Assembly: GCF_009914755.1 (NCBI RefSeq) | Contig: NC_060934.1 | Origin: the human T2T-CHM13v2.0 reference genome, Homo sapiens | Length of the DNA stretch: 64,000 nucleotides | Direction: 5' to 3' (one strand) | Part shown: in pieces, positions 36,148-48,680 of the stretch | How the letters are laid out: each line of letters starts with the position of its first letter | Numbering within the stretch: the stretch's first letter is position 1 | Position numbers and translations under genes: made by a program | The notes under the pieces: model-generated | The model's input: the letters and a program-made list of their open reading frames with translations, nothing else | Databases searched by the model: none | What the model was told of the DNA's origin: nothing

Positions 36148-38356
36148 TTTTTGTGATTTTCACATTTAATATGTTGTATATAATGCTATAAAAATAGATT
36201 GAAGTTTTAAGGAAAGTTCATTATTATTAAAAGTTTAGTACTCTGAGTCTGGGCTTTCTGACAATAAAATACACCAGAGCAAAAGCCCAAGGAAGTACAA
36301 CAAAGAGGTATACTAATTGACAAAATAGCTGCTGCAACATGCCACAGGCACTTCAGGCCTAACATTTCTGAAAAAGCATGGAACATGTGGATTCCCGGGA
36401 AAAAACTGCCTCAGATCATTTGTAAGAGGAAGAAATAGTAAGTGACCTCTCTAACCAAAACTGGCTAGTAGATACTACATCTTTCCCGTGGCATTTTTGT
36501 TTGTTTGCGTGTTATTGAGAACAGGGCAAGGAAAGGCACTGTTTTCTCCAGGTAGTTGTTTTTGAACAAGTGAGGGCAAGCTATACCCCTGCATCAGTAC
36601 TTTGTGGCTGAAAACCCTCCCTCTGAAGGCTATCCATGTCAAAGCGGGTGGAGACCTCACAGTGCACTAATAATGTGTCATCCTTAATGAAAGTTCTTTG
36701 TCTTAGGGCTTCCAGATGCATAAAAGTTACATAGCCAAAACCTTTTGGGTTCCGTGGGATTGTGGGTCGCTGGAAAGCAAGCAGCTCTGGTTTGGCATCC
36801 ATTATCTCTTCGTGGTTTTTGCCTTACAGGTGCTTGAGACTGATCAAGAATTGTAAGGCATATTGTATCCTGGAAGGGCCAAGGGAGGTGGCTGTCATAC
36901 TCTCCTTGCATTGTGTGGACAAAAAGGGATATATAGTTTGCACAGCGCTGAGCAGTCGGTAACGGAAGGTGCAAGCGCATGCACAGTTTGTACCTGTGTT
37001 TACCCGTGTAGAATCCAGGGCTATGAATCACAACAGGTTTCTGCTCTTCTTAACATTTCAAATTCATTCCCAATCTTCCAAATGTAAATTCCATTGCACT
37101 GCTGTGCTTCAATTTCAGCAACTTTGTCCTCAAGGGTTCGAATGGTTCGTTTGAGCTCACTTACATACATACTCTGAGTTTCCATTTTATCAGTCAGCTC
37201 CCGGATTTGATGACATTGTCTTACAAGGCGACCCTCTAACTGGTGAATACTTTCCTGGAAATTCCGGACCTCTGAGATATACCCAGAGTCGGGTATAAGG
37301 CTCAAACTATGAACAGCCTGGGCCAACATTCTCATGTTTGATTGGGTGTTCTCTTGTAGGTGGCGTGCCAAGTGATTCCTCCGCATCTTTTCATGGCTAC
37401 GAAAAGTACGGAATGTGCATGGAATTGGGGCTGTAGGGCGGTCTAGGTCATAAAGTTAGGCATCTGTTCTCTGATGAGTATAGTATTGCAGTACTCACAG
37501 ATGACATTTGCCAAAGGGCAGTTCTGGTCATGGATCTTTTTATCTTCAAATGCCATTGATGCAGCACAGTTGTCACAAGATACCTGCCTCCTTGGACAAC
37601 CCTTCATAATGTAAATATTAATATGGAATTTTTGGAAGGGAGGCTGGCATTGGGGACAATCCATAAGAGCAAACTCACAATGTGTTTGATGATCCTCAAG
37701 ATGTCTCAGTTCCATCTTGTGCAAACAACCTTCATTTGGACACTTCACTATCAGAGAAATAATCTCACGTTTTGCAAAATTGTCTGGAAATAGTTAATTT
37801 TCCAGCAGTATTTCATTGTCAACTGGATATTTGTGACCTGCATCCCTTATTGATTTTATGATGCAGGCTTTGCAGAACCTATGGCTGCATGGCGTTTGCA
37901 CTGCTTCTCGTAATGCCATCAAGCAGATGGGGCATTCATACTTGCTTTCCAGGGGTGGGCCAAACTCTACATCATATCCCTGGATCTCCTCCATAAAGGA
38001 GCTGAAGAGGTTCCCCGTGCTGGCAGTTCTGCCCACACTATCATTTTTTGTTGCTGCGCTACAGGAGCTGGCCATGGCCACACAGTAGTCACTTTGAGAC
38101 TGGCTGGATCCACACCTGTTTTCACAGTTTAGCAGACTTATAGTAACTTGATTATCACTTGCTCGCTCAAGTGCACGGGGCGGGCGGCCGAACCAGGCGG
38201 GCAGGCGCACGACTCTGCTCAGCCAAGGCGCTGGTAGAGGACGGACACAGAGGCTGCTTGGACGTCAAACTCTGCAACCAAAGGGCGCCGTCGCCACCTC
38301 CGCGGGCCGCCCGCAGGCCAAGCCCCAGCTGCGGACACCACTGCTTCCGCCTTCTC
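36148..38356 (-). pseudogene. TRAF6P1: Processed pseudogene of TRAF6 (TNF receptor-associated factor 6): 5'UTR, full CDS, short 3'UTR
   Basis: Consecutive minus-strand ORF fragments reproduce TRAF6 without introns: SLLNCEN..., [22 protein letters not shown], zinc fingers, coiled coil, MATH domain, C-terminus STDAGV* (stop 36581-36583). Disablements versus the recalled TRAF6 sequence: ATG>ATA (38139-38141), Q116* TAA (37794-37796), RING C105Y, -1 frameshift near 37453, 8-bp deletion near 37068, +1 A near 36817. The net -8 matches the 1561-bp span versus a 1569-bp CDS. ATTAAA at 36165-36170 with a short A-tail remnant at 36148-36152. No clean TSD found. Confidence 0.97.
38160..38356. promoter_or_regulatory. 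CpG-rich patch (retrocopied TRAF6 5'UTR) with GC-box-like motif
   Basis: About 20 CpGs in ~196 bp within an otherwise CpG-depleted window; GGGGCGGGC near 38177. Activity is not demonstrated. Confidence 0.45.
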
Positions 38357-38359
38357 TAA

Positions 38360-38530
38360 AACATTTTTTCGCATTACACCCTGTGAGAAAGATTCCAGTC
38401 TCCACTCTGCAAATGAGAAAACTGAAGAAAAGACAGGTGAAGTGATTTAGTTGAGCTTGTACCACTAGCCAGTGGATAAGACTCTGATCGCCCTGTTTGA
38501 CTCTAAATCCAGTATTGTTTCTCTACCTGT
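38360..38530 (-). mobile_element. MIR fragment flanking the retrocopy
   Basis: accctgtgag...tgcaaatgagaaaactgaag...tgactctaaatccag. Confidence 0.6.
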
Positions 38531-41479
38531 CTGATAGTATATTCTACTCTTCAGTCCACACGAATACCATTTTTTAATGGGAAATGAAAAATTATTCTTC
38601 AGTCAATTATAGTATTACATAAGAATTTATTGAATATTTATACTCCTTCGCTGAGCTTTGGCATTATATTAATTAAATCAAAGTCCCTGCGGGATCCCTC
38701 TCTAGAAAGAAAATATGAATCTATAGACATGTTTGTAAAACTGAAGTTTCCAGCACTTTGTAGTATTTTCCATTTACCCACCTTACTCATTTCTACTCCT
38801 CTTTAATTTCTACACTTTTCATATACTATCAGACAGAAGATGCCTTCTTTGATATTACCTAGAGTTTACTTACAATTATGCACTGACTTGAAGTCATGGC
38901 AAGAGGTAAACCTGCAAGGGGAAGGTGTAGTATATGATATGATTACTTCTGTGTGTGGCTTCTTGGTCCAGATACATGAGAACTGGTTGCTTTGTGTTGC
39001 TAAGCTAATTATAGAATAATATGGTTGGCTGAAGAATAATTTTTTAATTTACATATAAAAGGATGGAACATAAAGTCTTGTTTGCATGAGCAGCTACTCA
39101 AATAAGTTCTAACGATAGTGGACATAATAGAAGTTCTGATGAAACATAACAATTGAACAAATAAGAATAATTCACTAAAGGAGATTTCATAACATTATAC
39201 TGTCTCCATGTGATAGAACGATCACCTCCTCTTTGCATGCTAGACCGCTGAGAGTTGACCATGCAGTGTACCAGTATAATTGCTACACAGTATTTCTGCT
39301 CTTTGAAACACTAGGAGATGAGAAAGATTTAGAAAAACACATCCTAAATAATATTTATCTTTATTATTGATAGACAATTGAAAATACTGGGAGTTTGAGG
39401 GAAGAGTATAGCTTGGTGGTTAAGAGCACTAACTGGGAAGATACATTATATTAAAAATAATGGGCTAAGAAGGGAGACGTATTTGGCAATGAAGGACTAA
39501 ATTCCAAACAAAATAAACAAGCTAAGGAAAAAGAATGTTCTCTAGGTCCTGGACTAGGCTGTGACTATAGGGTTAAGATAAAGGGATGGCCTGGACTTGA
39601 TATATGGGTCACCAATGAGGCTATATAACTGGGAACTCTCATTCCTCTTCTATTAATAATTTATTAAAATGTATGGAGAAGAACCACATTCTACTCGAAT
39701 ATCTCCATATCCATAAACAAAGCTTTCTAGCAGTTTTTATTGCCAAGCCCTTCAGGGAAGACAATTACCTTTCTACTTAGTTTAATTTGGCAACTGAAGT
39801 CAGAAGAGTAGCTCCTTCAGAGTCTTGGGGTCAGGGAATACTTCTAAAAATATAATTCATTTTTTGCCTACAGGACCATTTGTATTAAAACGAATTGCTC
39901 AGTTTCATTTGTAGGAAAAAAAACACATTTTACACTGCTGAAACACAGCTGAGAGGCATTTTTGTCAAATAATTCTTAGGCATAAGAGAAGATGTATGAA
40001 AGTGCTTTCATTAAAAGGTAAGGGATCCTTTATTAGTATTCACTCTTTGTGGTCACTGGTTTATGGAAAAATTAGAAGGGAAAAATGAAGCAAGGGAAAA
40101 GAAAATGCTAGTGGCTGTTATGTTTGTTTTGTGTTTTTACAACACTAGACAGATGCTACACATCCCTAACTGTGCTTACATAATATCGGGTTATATAAGA
40201 AACACCTTACATAATTATTAGTCAGATTATACGGTCTTATGTTTACCATGGAAATATCTATATTCTGCTCCTAAGGCTATGAAATGCTATTTTATGCCTT
40301 GAAGGAAGCAATTAATGGACAGGCTAGAAATAAATTTCAATTTCCTTGGAATTTGTTACTAATATTGATGATTTGTTGCATATCCTAAACTCCTTTGACA
40401 ACAGAAACAGTTTAAGGCAACTCTACCAACCAAAAAGACATATATTTACTCTCTATAACATCAATATTTAAATTTTATTCTAGTGTGTTTAACATAGATA
40501 TAAATGATTCTGTTTTAACTTCAGTATATCCATGTTTTAACTTATTGTTTTATTAATTGAGATCTCTCATTAGAACATTGAGATCTCTTTGAGCTTATTT
40601 GGCCTTATTTTACTGTTTGCACTTACATTTGAAAACATTACAGCAATATGTATTTTGATTTTGCCTTTTTATTATATGCATTTTGTTTTATAACATAAAT
40701 ATTGAACTATTACTTTAAAAACTAGATAAAATAACCAAGAGTGATATCAATATTTAAGTAAGCTATTTGTCTGGAAAGATCCTAAGATAAAGTTATCTAA
40801 GTAAATTTTGAAATAGCATTCTCTGGAGATAATCAACGAGACTAAATGCCATGATTCAAGGAATCTAGCCGTAGTTAATAATAATTCAACATTGTTAATG
40901 TGAGCTGTGACTGCAGCTTGGTCATATCCCATCTCTTCAAAAGGACGAATACACTTGAATTTTTATTTTGCAATCGTACAGAATATTTTATAGGCATGAA
41001 AAACACAAATCATGGGTGACAGGCCATGTGATTTTTTTTTTTTTAGTTCAACTAATGGAACTTGGGATTTTAAGTTTAAAAATGAAGAAGTCTCAGGCAA
41101 ACTAGGATGACTTGATCATCCTACTAATTTTCCTTGCCTATTCTGCCTACCTGGGAAGTGAATGTAATGCCCAAGAATATATGTTTCAACTTGAAACTAT
41201 AAAAATAAAAGGTTTATTCAAATAGCAGAGCAGATAGAAAAAAATACGTTCTTAATGACCTGTCTGAGCAGCTATATCAGTTTTGAATTGTCTACCCCTG
41301 AATTTTATATTAGGTGAGAAAAACAAACCCAGTTTTGCTCAAATCACTGTAGTAGTATTTTCTGTTAAATGCAACCAAATGCATTCCCAACACTTGGACA
41401 CATCTAGTTGAATCTAGAGACTCAGATTAATCAGCTGAGTCTTGATCGATGAGTGAGAATTAACGAGGTGAAGAAAGGC

Positions 41480-43000
41480 TTTTAGACTGAGGTTGAGCTA
41501 CAGTAGGCACTGCATGGAGCGACTAAAACTCCAATAGAAAACCCACAGTCTCTCTCACATGAAGAAACAGAGGTCAATGTATAGTACAACCACAGCCACT
41601 GAAATTTAAGTGTGTTTTTGAGAGAAAGGAGGGGGCATTATTTAACAAAAGAGAAATCCAGCAAACACTGAAGGCAGCCAGAGGAAAATGACCTATAAAC
41701 ACAAGGAAACAATAATTCAAATGACTGCTCGATTCTCTTCAGAAACAATGGAGGCCAGAAGACCGTGGAATAAAATCATTTAAGTGCTAAAGAAAAAATC
41801 CGTCAACCGAGAATTCTACATCAAGTAAAAATATCCTTCAAAAGTGAAGATAAAATAAAGACATTTTCAAATAAGTGACGAAAATTTACTATTAGCTGAC
41901 CTGCACTACAAGAAATGTTCAAGGAAGTTCTCAGGGTGATGAGAAATAGTATTAGCTGGAAGCTCAGAATTTGAGGAAGAAATAGAGAGAATATGAAGTG
42001 GCAAATATATTGGTAAATATAAAAGACATTATCTCCTCTTATTAAAATACATATAATTGTTTTTAAAATTATACCATCGTGTTGTGGGATTTAAGTATAT
42101 AGATGTAATTCATATGACAAAGGATGGAGAGTTGCAGTAAATGACCCTATACATATACAAAGTTTCTATAATTTATATTAAGTAATATTAACCCTCAGCA
42201 GACTGTAAAAAGTTTATTGTGTATGTTGACAGATATAGCTAAAAAGTCAATGGATATATCAAAATGGAATCCTAAAAAAATACAAATAATCCAAAAGAAG
42301 GAGGAACAAAGGTTAAAAGAATAGTACAAGCAAAAATCAAATAATAAAACATGATATCTAAATCTAATCATATCAATAATTGCAATAAATGTTAATGAGC
42401 TAAACACTCAAATTAAAAATTAGGATTTTGATGAAGGATTAACAAGAAAGGCTCATAGACAATGAGAATGCACTTTAAACATAAATACATTAAAAGTAAA
42501 GGGATGGGAAAGATATATTATGCAAACAATAAGCATAAGAAAGTGATGAGAAGGGACTCAATATCAGTATCAGATAAAATAAGACTTCAAGACAAAATAA
42601 AACCATATACAAAAAGGAACACTTTATAATGATAAAAGTTCCATCCATAGGAAAGACATAAAAATCATGAATACAGGTATACTTAATAATAGAGCATCAA
42701 AATGTATGAAGCAAAAAAGAACAGAATTAAAGGCAGCTATAGATTATTTCATTATTATAGAGATACCAACACTCTTCCCTCAGCATTTGATAGAAGAGCT
42801 AGGCAAAATTCAAAAAAGACATAAGTGATCTGAACAACACTATCAACCACCTGAACCAAAATAATACCCACAACTATAGAATACACATGATTTTCAAGTG
42901 TACATGCTATGTTCACCAAAAAAGGAAACAAACCATACAAAGTATGTTTTCTGACCACAATGGAATTAAGTAAGAAATCAGTAGCTATAAGATATCTAAT
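41480..43000 (+). mobile_element. Old L1 5' portion (5'UTR remnant, ORF1 end, ORF2 endonuclease start)
   Basis: gaaacaatggaggccagaag, aatatccttcaaaagtgaag, aaatgttaatgagctaaacac, ctgaccacaatggaattaag. Confidence 0.82.
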
Positions 43001-44059
43001 AATTTACTGGAGGCAAATTAGAGGGATATGAAAAGATAAACTTACTGTAAGGTGGACTGAAAGATAGTACTGTTGAAATTTAGTCCAGATATTATTACAT
43101 GGAAAATATTTATCAAAATAATATTTTAAAAAGCATTATTACAAAATATTCAAACTCCAAATTTTGGGTAATAATCAGAGCTTACAAAGTTTACCTTAGT
43201 GTGAAGATTCTTAAGTAAAATATGAAATGTGGAGGAAGAAACTACCAAATAGATTAACACTTTAGGTAATATCCACATTTCTAGGAAAGGTAAATACTGG
43301 TCATTTCATTCAAAAGTCCTTGTAGAGTGTCTATATTGAGAAAAAGGAGCCTCATGACTCCAGGTCTTATTAAATTTGGGGAACCCAGAATATAGCAGTT
43401 AAACTCCTTGTATTTTAGTGTCCTGTTTATTCTTATCAACCTTGGCCATGAGCTCTTAGAAGGATTAATGAACTAACTATTAGGGGTTATTTGAGAAGAT
43501 GGTGTTCACTTAGGTTTTAAGTCCTTAGAGTAAAAGTACTATTGGATGTTCAGTAGTTATATTGTGTGCTTTTCTTCTAGAGCAGAAGTTTATGAGTACA
43601 AATCTTGTCTGATCAGTCTCTTATATCTGGTGTTGCATAAAGCTAGCATTTACTCTGAGAGGTCTAAAAAAGGAAAACCCTAGGGACTAGAGGCATAGAC
43701 TTTAATCATCTGGCTGACAGGCTATGAGTGATACTTTCAAAGCTGGGGAAGTAAGTGGTAGTTAAAATATGTCTAGAATAGACCTTAAGTGACCTTGTTG
43801 GCCATTTCTTGACTAAAGACTACAAAGTATAGAATTTTGATCCAATAAATGGTCGCACTGTAAAGGCAGGGAGTTCTGTGTGTAAAAATAAAGTAAGGTT
43901 TTTATTTATACCTTGGGAAACTTATTTAATTTAAAAAACGCAAGAGTGGCTTGAAAATGTTTATTGATTCCTCAGTGTAGAATCACATTTCAGTGAAGCA
44001 TATTCATAAAACAGATTCAAGCAAGATAACTGTGCAATGTGTTTGTCAAAAAAGGATCT

Positions 44060-44290
44060 GACTATATCAAATCCTTTTATCCTATGTTTTCATAGTACCA
44101 TGTTCCTTAAATTGTTGCAATTTTACAGTTGTTTCTATAATTTTGAATACACTTTTCTCCTATACTAGACTGTAGGTTATAAGGGCAGACATCATGCTCA
44201 CTTTGCAAACATTTCTATTTCCAGCACTTAGCATACTGACTAGCAACAAAGTAGCCATTCAGTAAATATATTAAAAGGAAAAATAATGAT
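44060..44290 (+). mobile_element. L2 3' end
   Basis: actagactgtag...agggcagac...ccagcacttagcatactg...tcagtaaata. Confidence 0.6.
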
Positions 44291-45179
44291 CAACTTGTAT
44301 TCTTTCAGCCCTATTCATATTTCCTCATCCATAATGGATCCATAATGTTTTATTATTTGGATAATAAAACATCATTAACAACTTTCATAAAATTTAAATT
44401 AGATAACATACACTAAAGTTCTTTATAAACAACAAATTCCTTTGCAGATCATATGCTATCATATTATTTTTATAATCTCTAACCCCATTATGTATCTCAA
44501 TCTTTGCCAAGAGTTCTCATTTCATTCCTTTCCTCTCCTCTTTTTTTCCTTTGCTCTGTCCCTTTCTCTGTATCTTTATCTGCTACCTTTTTGTTCGTTA
44601 CCTCCCACTTGATCCTCCTTCCTGAAACAGTGATGACGATGATGATGAGATAACACCACCACAGCTGAGGATACAGAATTGCGTAGTATTTCATCAGGAT
44701 AATAAGGGTGTATGTACTGGAAATGAAAGTACACATAGTCATGGTTCCCAAAATCTGTAGAACTGCATTTTTTGTCAGTTTCTCCACATTCTATCATATT
44801 TAATACCTACATTTTTCTATCTTTGAAAAGAATAAAAGAAAAAAACACTGTTGTTCCACTATTTCTGCATGTCAGAAAAAGAAGTTATTTTATAATAATC
44901 TCTCTCTTCCTTTCAACTATGTACTATCGTGTAAGACTTGAGTTTCATCCAGTTAGGAATCATTTCACCATTGAAACCCAAACAGTAAGTCCTTGCATAA
45001 TGTCTTTGGGTTCAGCATTATAGCTCTTTCACATATCTGCAGCTAGTGAAGGGTGAAACAAACCATTTTTGGTCTAGCACATAAACTGTGTCCATTGTTT
45101 TCATCATCATTTTTGTGGTTTTTAAAAATTAAGTTTAAGTATAAAGACTTGTAAAGCCAAGACAATATCTGATTTTTTG

Positions 45180-45760
45180 TCCTGTGTTCACCATATTAAC
45201 AGTGCATAGTAAACTGTCTACAGGTTAGTGACTTAAAGCAACAACTATTTTATTTGCTCAGAAATTTGTACAAGATAGAGTTGAGTGGTTTTTCATCTCC
45301 ATGTGGCATCATGGAGTCATTCCTATGGTTGCATTTAGCTAATGGGTCTGCTGGATCCTGAGCTCAATTGTAGCACTGACAAAGCTGGGGCTTGAATGTT
45401 CAAGATGGCTTCACTGACATATAAGGTGGCTCAGCTGCATAACTAGAACAATTAGGAGCTGGATGGGCATCTCACTCTCTCTTGCATGGTTTCTCCAGTA
45501 AGGTGGCTGGATCTCTTTACATGATGGTTCAAGGCCTCTAAGAAGGAGGAAGCAGAAATTCTCTTAAAGCCTAGCATCAAGCCACACAGCCTCATTTTTC
45601 CCACATTCTGTTTGTCAAAGCCAGTCACAGAGACAACCCAGGTTCAAGCAGCAGAGAAAGATTTCACTTCTTGATGGGCAAATGTCAAGGTCTCCTTCCA
45701 AAAGAGCATGTGAAATGGAAGATACAGTTGTGCTAATCTTTAGAAACCAAATCTACCATA
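45180..45760 (-). mobile_element. MLT1-type MaLR LTR
   Basis: ttagtgacttaaagcaaca, tcaagatggcttcact, cacattctgtttgtcaaagccagtcac motifs. Confidence 0.78.
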
Positions 45761-45989
45761 CTTGGGTATATTTCCTATTGGGTAGTTTTCTTTGAGTGAA
45801 TTTGGAATCGTCTTCTTCAGGAAGCAGGAATCTTAGAATCTGCCTAGCTAACATCTCAACCAATCAATAATCTTATATGTAACATCCGTGGCATATAACT
45901 GCTCTATGTCCAAAAACTTACTGTGACGGGGAACATAGCACTTCAAGGAACAATTCATTTTTGGACCACTCTAATTTCTTGTGATTTTC

Positions 45990-47500
45990 TTAATTAAGAT
46001 CCAAGCAAGATCTACAAATTGCATTTGGTCAAAAAATGTCTCAGTTACCTTTTAATCAACAACAAAAAACCTTTTTTTGTTGTCGTTGTTTTTTGCCTCT
46101 CTCCATCACTTGCCATTTATTTGCTAAAGAAACTGGCTCATTTATCTCATAGAATTTTCCCCAGACTGGATTTGGCTTGTTGACTCCTGGAGATGTTGGT
46201 TAGCATATTCCTCTATCCTCTGTATTTCCTGTAGAATGATCATTGATGCCTGATTGAACGGAAATTCATTTTTCTTGGCATGAATACATCATAGGTGGTA
46301 CCCTATACTATTGATCACATTGTGACAAGAGGCACATAATGCATAGTTGTCTCTATTTTGGCGATTTAAAATGCATCAGTGGGTACAGATACTGTCAGCC
46401 TAATTTCCCAGTATAAAGTTTCCATGAATCTTTCTCTCAATTGTTTTAGCAGTCAAAATGCGTTATTTCATTAGGTGTTACAAGCTGAGTATTTCCTGAT
46501 TCTGTCCTTCTGCATTTATTAGCTAAAATTCTTCTAAAAACATTTTCTCAACTATTTGATTATATAGTTTATAGAGCAAGGGAAAAAGAAATACTTGATT
46601 TTTTCCTTTTATTTTCCAGTTTTCAGAATAATAATTTTGAAATTATTCAATCTTTAAAGATGACCAATAATTTTGTTTTGCTTTGAACTCATGAATTTTT
46701 CATGAGCTTCCTTCAACCCATTGAAGTCATTATTCTTTTGATGCACACATGCCCATCTTTGGCCATTAAGAGCCCTTTCAAAATTGTCTCCTGCATCATC
46801 TTGACACAACAACAGTAGTCTTTGATTACTCATTTGCTTTCCATCCAGATAAGACATTACAAGCTAATCTTGAATATTTCTTGCCAGGTTGTGGCATCAG
46901 CCATCTCTCCAAGAATCCTTGTTTCCTTTTAGTAAGAAAGGGGATTTAGAGAGCTTGGTCTGGGCTCAGTGATAATTGCTACTGTATGGATATTGCTTCC
47001 AGGAATTTTTCAGTGGATAGAGGTAGGACCCAAATATTTATTTTTTAAATAAAAAATACACCATTAATTTATACTGGTCTTAACAATTCAAAGTTAAGAG
47101 TAGAAGATTCTTCTTGAACTCGTTTGATATTAATATTTGTATTTCTTTTCACTTACTCTGAAATAAAAATCCCTAAAGATATTAACATAATTATTTATGG
47201 ATAAAGTAAATAAGTAATTAAGTGAATGAATGACATGAAAACCCAATACAGATATATATTAATTATAAAATGGCAGTGCCAATATGATTATTAAGTTTTC
47301 TTTACATTCTCACTTTTGCTTTTCTGCCTTAAAGATATATCTTCTGGGAATATACATTCAAATTACTGAGCTTTCAAGTTACTTGAAAAATTTATTCTCT
47401 GTGTGACTAAGTCACCAACTTGACATATAATTTCTTTTTTTTGCTTTTTTAATTTTAAAGGAATTTCTTTGTTTTATAGATTACTTTGACCTAAATTGAT
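45990..47500 (-). mobile_element. L1MC4/5-type 3' region
   Basis: attgcatttggt, catcagccatctctccaagaatccttgtttccttttagt motifs. Confidence 0.7.
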
Positions 47501-47524
47501 TATACATACCTTCTTTATATGATT

Positions 47525-48060
47525 GTCTTTTAAAAATAGACTTATTGAGATACAATTCACATAACATACATTTCATATATTTAAAGTGTAGAGTAAAATT
47601 ATTTTTAGTACTTTCACATGATTGTCCAATCATCACCACAATCTAAGCTTAGATGACTTTTTTCCTTCAAAAAGAAAGTCTGTACTCATTAGCAGTCCAC
47701 TCCTGTTCCCCATCACTACACTGCCCCCAAGCCCTAGTCAATCACCAATTTACTTTCCATCTTTCTAGGTTTGCCATTATGGACATTTCGTATAAAGAAA
47801 GTCATGCAATACGTAGCCATTCGTAACTAGCTTCTTTCACTTAGCATAATGTTTTCAACTTTTATCCATGTTGTAGTGTGTATCAGTACTTCATTCCTTT
47901 TTATTGATGAATACTATTTCATCGTATGGATATAGTGCATTTTATTTATTCATTTGTCAGTTGATGGACATTTTGGTTGTTTCAGTTTTTTGGCATACAG
48001 GTGTTTGTATCGACATATGTTTTCATTTCTCTTGTGTATGTGCCTAGGAGTGGAATATAT
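47525..48060 (-). mobile_element. L1MB-type 3' end
   Basis: tattgagatacaattcacataacata...ttctttcacttagcataatgttttcaa. Confidence 0.85.
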
Positions 48061-48439
48061 ATGTACACTTTTTTGAGGTACATTTCTTTCTTATTAATAA
48101 AAATAGTAGTGATCTTATTTTTTGCCATGACATAATACACCAGTCTAGTACTAATAACTTAATATATGTCATCTCATGAAAAAAAATCTTAGGGAAATTG
48201 TCCTCAATGTGCAAATGAAAGGAATTGCCCCAAAAAGGAACACAGTTCAGCCATATCATTAATGTCTCCTGTAGTTTCCTCCTGGTGTTTCACACCTGCC
48301 TCAACTCAGGTTGTGGACATGATTTTAGCTTTCTACCCACAGCTCAGAAATGCCTTTGATGGATATTTATTTGTATATTTCTTCCTGATTGACCCAAACT
48401 ATCAAAGGGCAGTAACTAAAATACAGGAAATGGAGAATA

Positions 48440-48680
48440 ATGTAATGGAAAAAGCATGTGGTTGAAAGACAGAGATCTGGGTTCAAATTATGATTCTGTG
48501 TCCCAGAACAAATTACTTATCTTCTCTGTGCCCAGGTTCCTTCTCTATAAAGTAAGTCAAATCGACAATACAGACCTCTTTGATCCTGTGAAGATTAAAT
48601 TTGAATGACATAAAGTATGTATAAGGATGCCTCACATGTTCTATGTACCTGACAAATGCTGGTCATCATTATTTTTTATT
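48440..48680 (+). mobile_element. MIR SINE
   Basis: agacagagatctgggttcaaat...caaattacttatcttctctgtgcc. Confidence 0.7.

Noticed and set aside
36581-38210. TRAF6-like ORFs as a functional gene
   Set aside because: Start codon lost, premature stop, three frameshifts, RING cysteine lost, no introns.
37858-38359. Plus-strand ORFs over the retrocopy
   Set aside because: Antisense shadows of TRAF6 coding and GC-rich UTR sequence.
36140-38370. Target-site duplication around the retrocopy
   Set aside because: Only a short cattttt match on both sides, too weak to call.
40556-40588. 12-bp direct repeat attgagatctct
   Set aside because: Too short to support any mechanism or function.
44497-45023. 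Cluster of overlapping 73-96 aa ORFs
   Set aside because: Low-complexity purine/pyrimidine tracts; no domain similarity or exon structure recognised.
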